DNA from: Trichoplax sp. H2
Lineage: Eukaryota
Length of the DNA stretch: 53,557 nucleotides
Direction: 5' to 3'
NCBI GenBank assembly: GCA_003344405.1
Contig: NOWV01000171.1
Location: forward strand, 1 to 53,557
Below the pieces are notes generated by a model. That model had not been told where the DNA came from. It made no database searches and worked only from the letters and a program-made list of their open reading frames with translations. The first letter of the stretch is position 1. Each line of letters begins with the position of its first letter. Shown piece by piece: positions 41,230-49,944 of the stretch. Made by a program: the position numbers and the translations under genes.

Positions 41230-41463
41230 CTATGATGATTATGCAAAGACGAAGTAGCAATACAATTATGAAAGAATATTGTCTGCCTTTTACATCATAA
41301 CATTGACTATTGAACAGTTTAATATACAGATTGGTTGGCTAAATATTGGCAAAGAAAAATGTTAGTATTTATAAGCGGTAAGCTGTTTGATTATATGTAA
41401 TCAAGGAATTGGTCCCACTTGGAATGAAATGCTAGTACTGAACATATATTTGTTGAGTTATAC

Positions 41464-41511
41464 CTTTGGCTTCGAATGTGTTGCTATTACCAATCTGCTT
41501 AGATTCAATTC
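41464..41511 (-). CDS. DCTN6: DCTN6 exon (R-IESKQIGNSNTFEAK-G).
   Basis: ttttattatacag|GAATTG...CCAAAG|gtataac. Phases 1 to 1. Matches human SQAMKMGDNNVIESKAYVG. Confidence 0.7.
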
Positions 41512-41661
41512 CTGTATAATAAAAGGGTGGTTAAGGGTATAAAAGTATCTAAATCACTACCTTTCAATCGCCTATCACACCGCTTGATACAATTGACTAG
41601 CAATGAAGCAGTTTTACATACAGTACAGACTATAATCAATTACAGTATGTTCAAAGGATAC

Positions 41662-41759
41662 GACATCCAACTTCGAAAACATTGTAGTCTCCGATATGCA
41701 TGGGAACTGGTTCCGGTTTGTCTTTATCCTTCTTTTTTTTTTCATCTTCGGTTAAAAAA
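41662..41759 (-). CDS. DCTN6: DCTN6 exon (S-FLTEDEKKKKDKDKPEPVPMHIGDYNVFEVGC). Contains an A10 run that encodes a poly-Lys insertion.
   Basis: Acceptor gtatgttgcag. Matches human [23 protein letters not shown]. The donor assigned, C|GTATCC (phase 1), is a weak GT. An in-frame TGA follows if the exon is unspliced. Confidence 0.7.
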
Positions 41760-41873
41760 CTGCAACATACGAGTACGTACGTATAAGCACGAATTTCATA
41801 AACAACCCTACGATATATAGGAGTAGGAGTAGCTGATGTACAGTATTTCCTGCATAGTCTATCCAAAACTAAC

Positions 41874-41979
41874 CTATTGTGAATATAAGCTTGCTCTTCA
41901 ATAATATTGTTTTCTCCTATATGGATGGGTCCAGCTTTGGCCATAATAAAAGCTCTAGGGTGAACAACCGTGTTGGCAC
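41874..41979 (-). CDS. DCTN6: DCTN6 exon (G-ANTVVHPRAFIMAKAGPIHIGENNIIEEQAYIHN).
   Basis: Acceptor ttttttttattag. Matches human [34 protein letters not shown]. Donor AG|GTTAGT is phase 2. Confidence 0.85.
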
Positions 41980-42210
41980 CTAATAAAAAAAAAGAAGCTA
42001 GTTCACTTTACCGTTGACAACTGTGTTATTTCGAATATCGTATGATTGGAAAATTGGCTGCCATGATGGGCACTACCGTCTTGAAGTGTATATCCGAGGG
42101 ACATACTAGTACGCTATGCTTGTATCAAGGTAAAGGATTATTTCATTTCTACATCATTCCGTAATAAGGAAATTTCGATATCATTTTATGTCTATCATAG
42201 GATGGCTTAC

Positions 42211-42275
42211 CGATATAGATCTCTCCTTTTAGTTCAGCTTGCTGGCAGACTATTGCACCAGGGGCAATTTTGATT
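42211..42275 (-). CDS. DCTN6: DCTN6 exon (IKIAPGAIVCQQAELKGEIYIG). This is the first conserved coding exon. There is no in-frame ATG here, so the start codon must lie in an upstream exon.
   Basis: Matches human [22 protein letters not shown]. Donor G|GTAAGC is phase 1. The inferred phase-2 acceptor is aatgaaag|A at 42276-77. The open frame upstream contains no ATG; the ORF tool's start at 42343 is TTG. Confidence 0.7.
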
Positions 42276-42789
42276 CTTTCATTGACAAAATTATAATAAT
42301 CAATAAGGATACAAGACGTTCGTTGTCTACCGATGTAATCCAAACGGCTAAAAGAAGCCGTAAAACTAGTTTTAAGGTATATGTGAGCTATACAGTGAAA
42401 TTGAGTAGCTTGATATCATTGAACTATTGTCACCAACATCAATCCATGATCAAAAATACTCGTATGATGGCATTATCATGTCTGCTGCAGACAGTCAAGA
42501 TTTGCCCTTTGCCATGCCATATATAGCTTAATGAAGAGGTACAGTAATTTGTGCGTGTAACATCGATCCTATTTATAAATTCAATAGCGAGGTAGAATCA
42601 AGTGCATAGGGAGATCATTTCGCCTTACTGTGATCTTGAAGACATCCTTGACTTTAAAGCATTAGCAGCCTGTTTGGTAGTGAAATGAAGTCTAGTCGTC
42701 CGGTGATGGATTAATGAATAATAATAAAGGAAAATTAACGCTATGCCACTCTAATAAATTCCCTAATTAATAATGATGTGGAAAAGCGT

Positions 42790-43560
42790 TATGGCTAAGC
42801 AATGCTGGTGTTGGAGGTCCGGTCTTGACTAGATACAGTACCGTACTGAGTCGACTCCACTGTTGTGTACAGTACTGTACTGTAGGGGCGGAATGCCATG
42901 TCCAAATGGACGTCTACTGTAGCAAACAGACAGACGGATGTACGTATTTTGTTGACATACCGGAAATGGTTAATACGGTCAATAGGGGCTTTTTCAACGC
43001 CAATGTTTTCTTCCATAATTTCTTGCCGCGCTTGGCTGTCTGTAGTACAGGTAATAACAACATCCATTTCTTTTCTGCAAATTGACCGCAGTTACAAAGC
43101 AGCCATTGTCTTTTTCTGCGCCGTTTAGTCTCTCCTCTTTGATTCTCTACCGCCATAGTCGTGATTTTCTTCTACTCAAAACATAGTCAAAAGTCGTACT
43201 GTGCGTAGGTTTTCCAGTCGGCATGACTCATACAGTACTGTCTACTGTAAACAAGCGAGTACAGTACATTGTACTGTGGCTGAAGAGGTCCGAGATCGGT
43301 CCATACCGGACTTGACTGCGCTACAGTGTACAGTGTACAGTATGCTGTACTGTAAGTTGGATTGAGGGTGTTTACCAGTACTGTAGTTGAGCACGCTTGC
43401 CATTGCTTGTTAACTATAGATCATAAAGGTACTGAACCGAACCGGACCGGACTCAGGTCTAGTTGGAAGATTATCAATTGGGCTGGGCAGGGAGAAAGCA
43501 ACAGCCCGCTGGCTTACTTTACCTACTTCTACTCGTATACGAAAAGCATTCTTGATTGGA
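42790..43560. promoter_or_regulatory. GC/CpG-enriched island (about 45-53% GC against a background of about 30%). Putative bidirectional promoter between divergent DCTN6 (-) and ADAM10 (+). Carries at least 8 ACAGTAC/GTACTGT palindromic motifs.
   Basis: CCGG and GCGC dinucleotide clusters. ORFs of 76-90 aa on both strands in four frames, as expected where stop codons are depleted. Motif instances at 42834-48, 42867-80, 43231-41, 43257-79, 43322-54 and 43376-86. The ADAM10 ATG follows at 43629. Confidence 0.5.
42961..43067 (-). CDS. Candidate 5' coding exon of DCTN6, or an independent small ORF (MDVVITCTTDSQARQEIMEENIGVEKAPIDRINHF). Speculative.
   Basis: ATG at 43067-43065 inside the GC/CpG-rich island. 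It ends with a strong donor, CG|GTATGT, in phase 2, exactly the phase the 42275 acceptor needs. No homology support. An alternative 20-nt start exon, ATGATAATGCCATCATACGA|gtattt at 42460-42479, is also phase 2. Confidence 0.25.
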
Positions 43561-43628
43561 AGGGTAGAATTCATTAAATTGGAAAAAATTATTCCTCCTT
43601 GTCATCTTCCTGTGCACATTGGTTGCCA

Positions 43629-43689
43629 ATGATGGAGAGCAAGCCGATAATTTTCATTTTAGCTATCGTTTGTATTGGATTTTCGCAAG
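43629..43689 (+). CDS. ADAM10: ADAM10/Kuzbanian-type metalloprotease exon 1: start codon plus signal peptide (MMESKPIIFILAIVCIGFSQ).
   Basis: ATG at 43629. Hydrophobic signal peptide. Donor CAA G|GTAATG is phase 1. The first ATG downstream of the GC island. Confidence 0.7.
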
Positions 43690-44234
43690 GTAATGTTCGC
43701 TTGCACCATTTCATCTTGTCTCGTTGACGCTGGTATCAACGCTAATTAGAATTCTAATCGTTGAGGAACGAATTGAATGAATGTTGTTATTACACCATAA
43801 TCAGCAATTGTCAATCGGGATGATAGCTATCACAGTAATAGTTATCCATGTACAGGCGAAACCAACATCAATTAGTCATGAGATATTTTCTTAACTGATC
43901 TGAATACCATGGTGACCAAAAGAATCGAAAGGGGCTAAATATGGGCCTTCTCCTTTGACAACCCCCCTCTTTCCACACGTATACGACGTGATATTGATCG
44001 TCCCCATTCATGAATTCAATATGGATACTTATCGTCTGCAAGAGTCGAACGAAAATCCCTCACGCTCATCGTACTTCTTCTGCTTGTTGACTGAGTAGAG
44101 AGTATTTCACAGTATTCGTACTTTTAGACGTATAATTTGGATAGGTTACTATGCGTACGTAAACGCTAATAGCGCATGGGCGTGCACTGCAATTACTTAG
44201 CAGATAGATCCATCTTTGTTGCAATATGAACTTC

Positions 44235-44564
44235 TATCCTATTGCTCTACCCTGAAAGGATGCTATCGATCTGTTAGAGTACAATCATTTTTTCCTTTGA
44301 TTGAATTCGAACGTGATAGAAACCTCTCAATAATGCCATCATCATATCTTACCATTGCCTACCCTGAAAGGATGCTATCGATCTGTTAGAGTACAATCAT
44401 TTTTTCCTTTGATTGGATTCGAACATGATAGAAACCTCTCAATAATGCCATCATCATTTCTTACCATTGCCTACCCTGAAAGGATGCTATCGATCTTTTA
44501 GTGTACAATAATTCAAACGTGATATAAACCTCTCAATAATGTCATCATCATTTCTTACCATTGC
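44235..44564. repeat. Tandem repeat (minisatellite), 112-bp unit, about 3 copies. The third copy carries an internal deletion of about 19 bp. Lies in ADAM10 intron 1.
   Basis: Unit ctaccctgaaaggatgctatcgatctgttagagtacaatcattttttcctttgattgaattcgaacgtgatagaaacctctcaataatgccatcatcatatcttaccattgc starts at 44247, 44359 and 44471, with a few substitutions. Confidence 0.85.
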
Positions 44565-45118
44565 CTTTGATTTTACGTACATTCATTCGCAATCGGAGGG
44601 TTAGTGGCATGATGACTCGCAGTGCTTGTTTATTCGTAACGCCTGATCCTAATTGCTTAACGAATTGATGCAGAAAGTAATGTTGTAAGACAAAGAAATA
44701 ACTTGTGTGAAAAACCTGATCTAAATCATCGACTTCATGCTGTTTATTGGGTGTCGCCGCGACCATCCATATCATTTTTACCCAGAAATTGTTGAGGCTT
44801 CAACTCCTATTTATACAGTATAGTATAAACTGTAGTGGTTCTATTTTTATTGGTAGCCGCTGAGGCTTGAACTGAACATAGGAATAGCAAGATTTCTCAT
44901 ACAGTAAATAATAAATAAATAATATCCTGAAGTGAAATGAATCAGTTTATATAAAAACCTCACGTCATCATCAGAAATTACCCAGGAGAGAAAGAAGTTA
45001 CTGTATTGTTGGCTGCTTTAACCTAGAGTGATACATTAACAGATTGATATGTTGTAACTGGAATCATGTGTATTTGTAACATTGAATATACTACAGTAAT
45101 AATTTTTACGTTTTGTAG

Positions 45119-45257
45119 GTTTCCAATCTTTGAGTAAACATATCGGCCGCTATGAAACGCTAGTTTATGACAACGAAGAAATTAATAGACGTCACCAAGA
45201 AGTAAAAAAACATAACGTTAAAATGGCGTTATCGCTAGCGTTCACCGCTTACAAACG
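45119..45257 (+). CDS. ADAM10: ADAM10 exon 2 (prodomain: FQSLSKHIGRYETLVYDNEEINRRHQEVKKHNVKMALSLAFTAYK).
   Basis: Acceptor ttttgtag. Matches human [29 protein letters not shown]. Donor CG|GTAATT is phase 2. Confidence 0.8.
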
Positions 45258-45466
45258 GTAATTTAATAGCTAGTTGTTTAAAATTGATTCTGTTCTTAAG
45301 ATTCAGCGATTGCACGTTAAATAGAGGTTTTATTTCATTAACTGAATCAGCTTTGTAGTTTAGATGGTCTGATCGTTGTTATTATCTACCGTATTTATTC
45401 TCTATATATCTGCTGCTCAGTACCAACTGAATTGATAACTTACTGAGCTATTTCTAACTGTGGCAG

Positions 45467-45588
45467 GCATTTCCATCTTCATCTTGTGAGGGATACAGAA
45501 ACTTTCACGCCTGATTTCACTGCTGTTGATGAAACACATCAAAGAATTGATTATGACTTAGCCAAGGTATATCGAGGATACTTAAAGG
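45467..45588 (+). CDS. ADAM10: ADAM10 exon 3 (RHFHLHLVRDTETFTPDFTAVDETHQRIDYDLAKVYRGYLKG).
   Basis: Acceptor ctgtggcag. Matches human [41 protein letters not shown]. Donor G|GTAAGT is phase 1. Confidence 0.85.
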
Positions 45589-45914
45589 GTAAGTTAAAAT
45601 AAGCTTACGTATATTATTGGTTTCGCCGTTATTTGTTATGTTTGTTTGAAATCGCATTAATAATAATCCCAATTTTCACGGGGATGAGTACTAGTTTTAT
45701 TTTGTACCATAAAGACTATACTGTATGTATTACGTAGTCTGATCTAGAAGGGAATTAACTGCTCATGTACTGCATGTGCAAGCGGTAGCAATGGCTACTT
45801 CATTTCCTTAGAGTGTGTCATTTTTGTTATATTGGTATTTGGTATTACAGTATAAAACATCAGATAATAATGAATAAATCTCAGGGTATACATTGTAACA
45901 TATTTTGTTCGTAG

Positions 45915-46080
45915 GTGAAAAGAATTCTGCTGTATACGGAGTTCTAAATAATGGCGTTTTTTATGGCAAAATCTACCACAATGACGAAGAATATTATCTC
46001 GATCCTGCTGAGCATTACTTTAAGAAAGTGCCTTTCCATTCAGTTATATACAAGGGAAGCGACATACACTATAAGCATCA
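45915..46080 (+). CDS. ADAM10: ADAM10 exon 4 (EKNSAVYGVLNNGVFYGKIYHNDEEYYLDPAEHYFKKVPFHSVIYKGSDIHYKHQ).
   Basis: Acceptor ttgttcgtag. PFHSVIY is identical to human ADAM10. Donor CA|GTAAGT is phase 2. Confidence 0.85.
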
Positions 46081-46179
46081 GTAAGTTTTTCATCGACGTT
46101 TTACAGTATAAAATATTCTTTTGAAGAATTACAGTTACTAACCATGTTTTTCATTTCGACTCGCCTAACAACTAAACAG

Positions 46180-46432
46180 AGGTGGAAATGCCACATGTGG
46201 GCATAATAATTGGCGCTTAGTTCATCCGGATTATCAATTATGGCATCATGGCATCATGTCTAAAAGTAGCAGAACTGAGTCCATTTCAGCATCATCCGCT
46301 AATAGGAAGAAACGAAATGTGCTCAATTCTAATGCAGATTCTTGTCAAATTCAAATGGATGCCGATCCTTACTTTACGCAACAATATGGAGGGAGAATAC
46401 AAGCTGTTGATAGATTGGTACTGCATGCTCAG
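46180..46432 (+). CDS. ADAM10: ADAM10 exon 5: end of the prodomain with a cysteine-switch-like GGNATCGHNN, the furin site RKKR, and the start of the catalytic domain.
   Basis: Acceptor aactaaacag|A is phase-matched. Translation ...SANRKKRNVLNSNADSCQIQMDADPYFTQQYGGRIQAVDRLVLHAQ matches human [46 protein letters not shown]. Donor CAG|GTATTA. Confidence 0.8.
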
Positions 46433-46533
46433 GTATTAAATAACCGTGAAATGAATTTCACATGTAAATATTTTGCGTCTGTGCAATTTATGACTGTTCT
46501 GCATAGGTAAATAAGACTTTTCACTTGCATTAG

Positions 46534-46684
46534 GCTGCAGATTTAATGTATAGAAGAACAGATCTTGACGGTGACGGGGTGACTGATAATGCAAGGATTA
46601 AAGTCAAGAAAATGCGAATATATACGACTGTCGATAAAAACAATGTCTTGCACAATAATAATCTTGGAGTCAATGCTTTGTTAA
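46534..46684 (+). CDS. ADAM10: ADAM10 exon 6 (AADLMYRRTDLDGDGVTDNARIKVKKMRIYTTVDKNNVLHNNNLGVNALL).
   Basis: Acceptor cttgcattag. Matches human [40 protein letters not shown]. Donor A|GTATGT is phase 1. Confidence 0.8.
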
Positions 46685-46844
46685 GTATGTATAAAGTTAT
46701 TTTATTCAAGAGTAATTATAATTTATTTATGCTTACAGTTACGACCTAAAATTTGAAAAAATTTCTTTCCTAATACAGTAGTCGCCATTATTATTGTGCA
46801 CTTTACTATGTTGCTTGTTAAGCCAATTTTTTTTTGTATTTCAG

Positions 46845-47095
46845 AGCTCTACTCGCAAAATAATTACAATGAATTCTGTACCAGCTTTCTATTTACCTAT
46901 CGCACTTTCCAAAATGGAGTACTAGGATTGGCCTATATTGGGTCAATTTGTAATATCTACGCTTTTACTGCCGCCAATACCCAACAAAGCACAAATTGTG
47001 GATTAGTAACAACACAAAATTCTGGTGAAGCAGTTCCACTTCGTGCTTCTGAAGTTACTTTCGCTCATGAATTGGGACATAATTTCGGTGCCCAG
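46845..47095 (+). CDS. ADAM10: ADAM10 exon 7: catalytic domain including the zinc-binding site HELGHNFGAQ.
   Basis: Acceptor tttttttgtatttcag. Translation ...NEFCTSFLFTYRTFQNGVLGLAYIGS...EVTFAHELGHNFGAQ matches human [25 protein letters not shown]...HITFAHEVGHNFGSP. Donor CAG|GTACGG. Confidence 0.9.
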
Positions 47096-47332
47096 GTACG
47101 GAACTTGAAATGGATAGATCCTACAAATTTTCTATTGATAGCAAGCTAGTAATTAGTTTGCTATCATGGTATAACACAGATCCAACTATAACTAGTACAA
47201 CGACAACATAACGTTGTAATAAATGTTCGATTATACCCGTTTATTGCATTCCTAACTTCTACATTGTACTGTATTATTAACTACAGCTGCTTTTAGTGCT
47301 ATAAAAATCTTATTGTGTGAATTTTTCTTTAG

Positions 47333-47507
47333 CATGATAACACCTATACAACCCAAAAATCATGCTATCCTGGTGGTCTGGATGGAAACTATATTATGTA
47401 TGCATATGCTACTACTGGTAACTTAAAGAATAACAACTTTTTTTCCAGCTGTAGCAGAACTGCCATGACTAATGTTTTACGTGTAAAGGCTGCCTCATGT
47501 TTCAAGG
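47333..47507 (+). CDS. ADAM10: ADAM10 exon 8 (HDNTYTTQKSCYPGGLDGNYIMYAYATTGNLKNNNFFSSCSRTAMTNVLRVKAASCFK).
   Basis: Acceptor tttttctttag. Completes HExxHxxGxxHD. NGNYIMYA and NNN-FS-CS are diagnostic of ADAM10 rather than ADAM17. Donor G|GTTAGT is phase 1. Confidence 0.9.
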
Positions 47508-47651
47508 GTTAGTATAATGGTTTTTTTGTACTTTATAATTTTAGTTTACATTGCACTTTAACGAAGCGATATAATCACACCGTATCAGCCAGACTCGTAC
47601 AATTGTACGTGGATATTTGTATGTATTCCTAAAAATATTTTTACTATGCAG

Positions 47652-47793
47652 CTAGTACTGCGTCAATTTGCGGTAATGGCATTGTTGAAACTGGCGAAGA
47701 TTGCGACTGTGGTGCTCACTGTGATATTGACAAATGCTGTAACCCGGCTGGTAGTACAAATCAATGCAAATACGCAACTAACGCTCAGTGCAG
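47652..47793 (+). CDS. ADAM10: ADAM10 exon 9 (disintegrin domain: ASTASICGNGIVETGEDCDCGAHCDIDKCCNPAGSTNQCKYATNAQC).
   Basis: Acceptor ttactatgcag. Matches human [45 protein letters not shown]. Donor AG|GTTAGT is phase 2. Confidence 0.9.
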
Positions 47794-47873
47794 GTTAGTA
47801 AACCTATTTTGAATATTGACATTACTCTACTAAAGTTATAATCTTTACGCTGACATGCTGTTAATTTTAATAG

Positions 47874-48063
47874 CATCTCCAACGGTCCGTGCTGTAACAA
47901 TGCTACTTGTCAAATTAGACCTGCGTCTGACAGTTTCGTTTGCCGTACTGAAACAGATTGCGCTAGCATCTCTCGTTGCAGTGGATCTGTAAACTGTCCT
48001 GCTCCAACAAATAAACCAGATAGAACTAGATGTAACAAAAATCAAAAGCTCTGTTCCAATGGG
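47874..48063 (+). CDS. ADAM10: ADAM10 exon 10 (SISNGPCCNNATCQIRPASDSFVCRTETDCASISRCSGSVNCPAPTNKPDRTRCNKNQKLCSNG).
   Basis: Acceptor ttaattttaatag. Matches human [64 protein letters not shown]. Donor GGG|GTAAGA. Confidence 0.9.
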
Positions 48064-48172
48064 GTAAGAAATTGTTTATGCATCCATGACAAATACAACT
48101 TTTTAGAATGGTATTTGTCGCGATTAAATAAATTGTAATTTATAATTGTTATTACTCCTCTTGTTATTGTAG

Positions 48173-48664
48173 GAGTGCACTTTATCTCTTTGTGAGTTGC
48201 AAAACATGGCAGAATGTAAATGCTCTAGTTCAAGTGAAGCGTGTCATCTCTGTTGTCAATCAAAATCTGGTGGAACTTGCATATCCACTTATACAATGAC
48301 TACTCTTTTCAATAAAACTAATGTCCCGCCTGGTACCTCTTGTGCTAATATGACTGGATACTGTGACATCTTTAGCAATTGCCGGCAAGTCAACGAAGCT
48401 GGACCTCTATCTACGTTATTGAATATAACAACTCAACAAGTTTTGGATTGGGCTGCAAGGAATTGGTGGATTATATTATTAGTTTGCTGTTCGGTAGTGC
48501 TCGGTTTTGCGATATTTATTCGCTTTGTAGCACCATTGATACCATCTGATAACCCAGGACGCATAGAACCTATTGCATGCGGCTGCTGTGGCTGCAGTAA
48601 TCAGAGAAAGAAAAAGAATCCAGTGGCAATAGCTGACGACAACATTAATGACCAAAGAGTATAA
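48173..48664 (+). CDS. ADAM10: ADAM10 terminal exon: Cys-rich region, TM helix (WWIILLVCCSVVLGFAIFIRFVA) and a short 41-aa cytoplasmic tail.
   Basis: Acceptor ttgttattgtag. ECTLSLCELQNMAECKCSSSSEACHLCCQSK...SCANMTGYCDIFSNCRQVNEAGPL...NWWIILL... matches human [24 protein letters not shown]...[24 protein letters not shown]...AHWWAVLLMGIALIML. TAA at 48662-48664. Total CDS is 2142 nt, 713 aa. All phases are consistent. Confidence 0.9.
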   Translation, partial: ECTLSLCELQNMAECKCSSSSEACHLCCQSKSGGTCISTYTMTTLFNKTNVPPGTSCANMTGYCDIFSNCRQVNEAGPLSTLLNITTQQVLDWAARNWWIILLVCCSVVLGFAIFIRFVAPLIPSDNPGRIEPIACGCCGCSNQRKKKNPVAIADDNINDQRV

Positions 48665-49519
48665 AGTTTCGTAATATATTTATAATGCTATATTTAGGTG
48701 CATGAAAGTTTCAGGGTTTACGATCATGCAGCAAATGCATTTGTTCGCTTATTTGGATAAGGTATACTATAATCATTTATAACTAAGTAATATTATTGAT
48801 GTTTGTTTGTGCACTTCATAATGTGCACGCTATAGAACTCACGTGTACGTAAAACCTAATTTTATACAGCTGTGAATATATATTATTAATCGCAGATAAA
48901 GACTTGATTGAAATCATTTAAATAAGACGTAATTAGGTTTTTATATTAAATTTATGGTCGACTCTTTGCCAACTCTGTAAAGCTGCATTTACATTATAGC
49001 GATATAGATTAATGCCAAGAATTTACTAGAATTGGTATAAATCTTGCATAATATTGGATCGCAACTATTTTACACTGTGGACTTGAAGACTTTGGGCATT
49101 ACATTTTAATGGAGTTAGCAAATGTTCCAGTTATATCTGTAGACATATTCTACGTGCACTTTCTCAAAGTTTCATTACTGCATGTTCTTCGTTGTATTTT
49201 CGTATGATATTTATATAGGCAAGCCCAAGTCAACGTATGCTAATACACATTTATACTATGCCATCACTCGTTATCCTTATTTTTGTCAATGTATTGTTAG
49301 TGTTTTTGTAACTAAATTTCGTAATTTTAATTAATTCATCATTGATGACATACTTCAATAAATTGACTAAAAATTCATACGAACGTGGAAGGCCAAATAT
49401 TTTGTTTATGTCGGGGCGAAAGACTGATAACATTTATTTAGATAAGATATTAGCCAGTGTGGTTATAATTATTTGTTGAATAGCTGTATACTTTAAATCA
49501 ATTATTTATTAACTGTACA

Positions 49520-49610
49520 CTAGTTTTTTTGAAGAGAGTCGAAATGTAATCGCATCATATATTCAAAATCCCTGTAACTGACTCTGCCATCTTCATCAAA
49601 ATCGATATTC
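49520..49610 (-). CDS. Calcineurin-B-like EF-hand protein, terminal exon (NIDFDEDGRVSYRDFEYMMRLHFDSLQKN*). This is the C-terminal EF-hand loop.
   Basis: DFDEDGRVSYRDF fits the 12-residue EF-hand loop (DxDxDGxVxxxD+F). It aligns to calcineurin B ...INADKDGDGRISFEEF.... Acceptor ctttgacccttatgaaactag|G is phase 2. TAG at 49520-22. Confidence 0.5.
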
Positions 49611-49807
49611 CTAGTTTCATAAGGGTCAAAGAATACATCAGTATTGTATAAGGATATTTATGATTATGACTAGTGAATACAGTGATATAATAATTATTGT
49701 TAACGACAGCAGATTTACTTGTAATTTTATTATTATTATTGGCTTCCAAGATATCTACATATATATGGGCCGATACTCAATTTATTATGTTACTACGTTC
49801 ATTTCAC

Positions 49808-49944
49808 CTAAAAATGGACGTTACGGTTGCCTTGGAAATCCTTGGAGCCACTTCATCGAAGACCGACATGAGATCGCTAAGTGTCAGAAACCCTCGACCT
49901 ATGGTACAGAATAAATGTATATAAGTCATAAACTCTTGGCTTAT
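49808..49944 (-). CDS. Calcineurin-B-like protein, penultimate exon (ISQEFMTYIHLFCTIGRGFLTLSDLMSVFDEVAPRISKATVTSIF-R). The 5' boundary is uncertain.
   Basis: Donor TTTTTAG|GTGAAA is phase 2, which matches the terminal exon. ...ISKATVTSIFRNIDFDEDG aligns with calcineurin B QIVDKTIINADKDGDG. The phase-0 acceptor gttaag at 49945-46 was chosen to match the upstream exon. An alternative acceptor, ccatag at 49899-900 (phase 1), would give exon 49808..49898. Confidence 0.3.

Noticed and set aside
41527-41944. + strand ORF 41527-41820, the internal segment of - strand ORF 41651-41944 (RLVLDRLCRKYCTS...), and ORF 42239-42526.
   Set aside because: They overlap DCTN6 introns and exons in antisense, or are intronic sequence that happens to stay open. 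The homology-supported reading splices around them (41874 donor to 41759 acceptor).
42795-43156. Four mutually overlapping ORFs (76-90 aa) on both strands in 42795-43156.
   Set aside because: They lie in the locally GC-rich island where stop codons are rare, and none shows recognisable homology. Only the - strand ORF with a phase-compatible donor is kept, as a low-confidence DCTN6 5'-exon candidate.
46256-46510. ORF 46256-46510 (and overlapping 46248-46439) continuing past the ADAM10 exon-5 donor (...VLNNREMNFTCKYFASVQFMTVLHR*).
   Set aside because: The homology to ADAM10 ends exactly at CAG|GTATTA (46432/46433). The extra residues are intron read-through with no similarity. The overlapping ORF is in a different frame.
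49660-49924. + strand ORFs 49660-49914 and 49697-49924, and - strand ORF 49555-49749.
   Set aside because: They are antisense to, or out of frame with, the EF-hand exons, which have motif support. No homology of their own.
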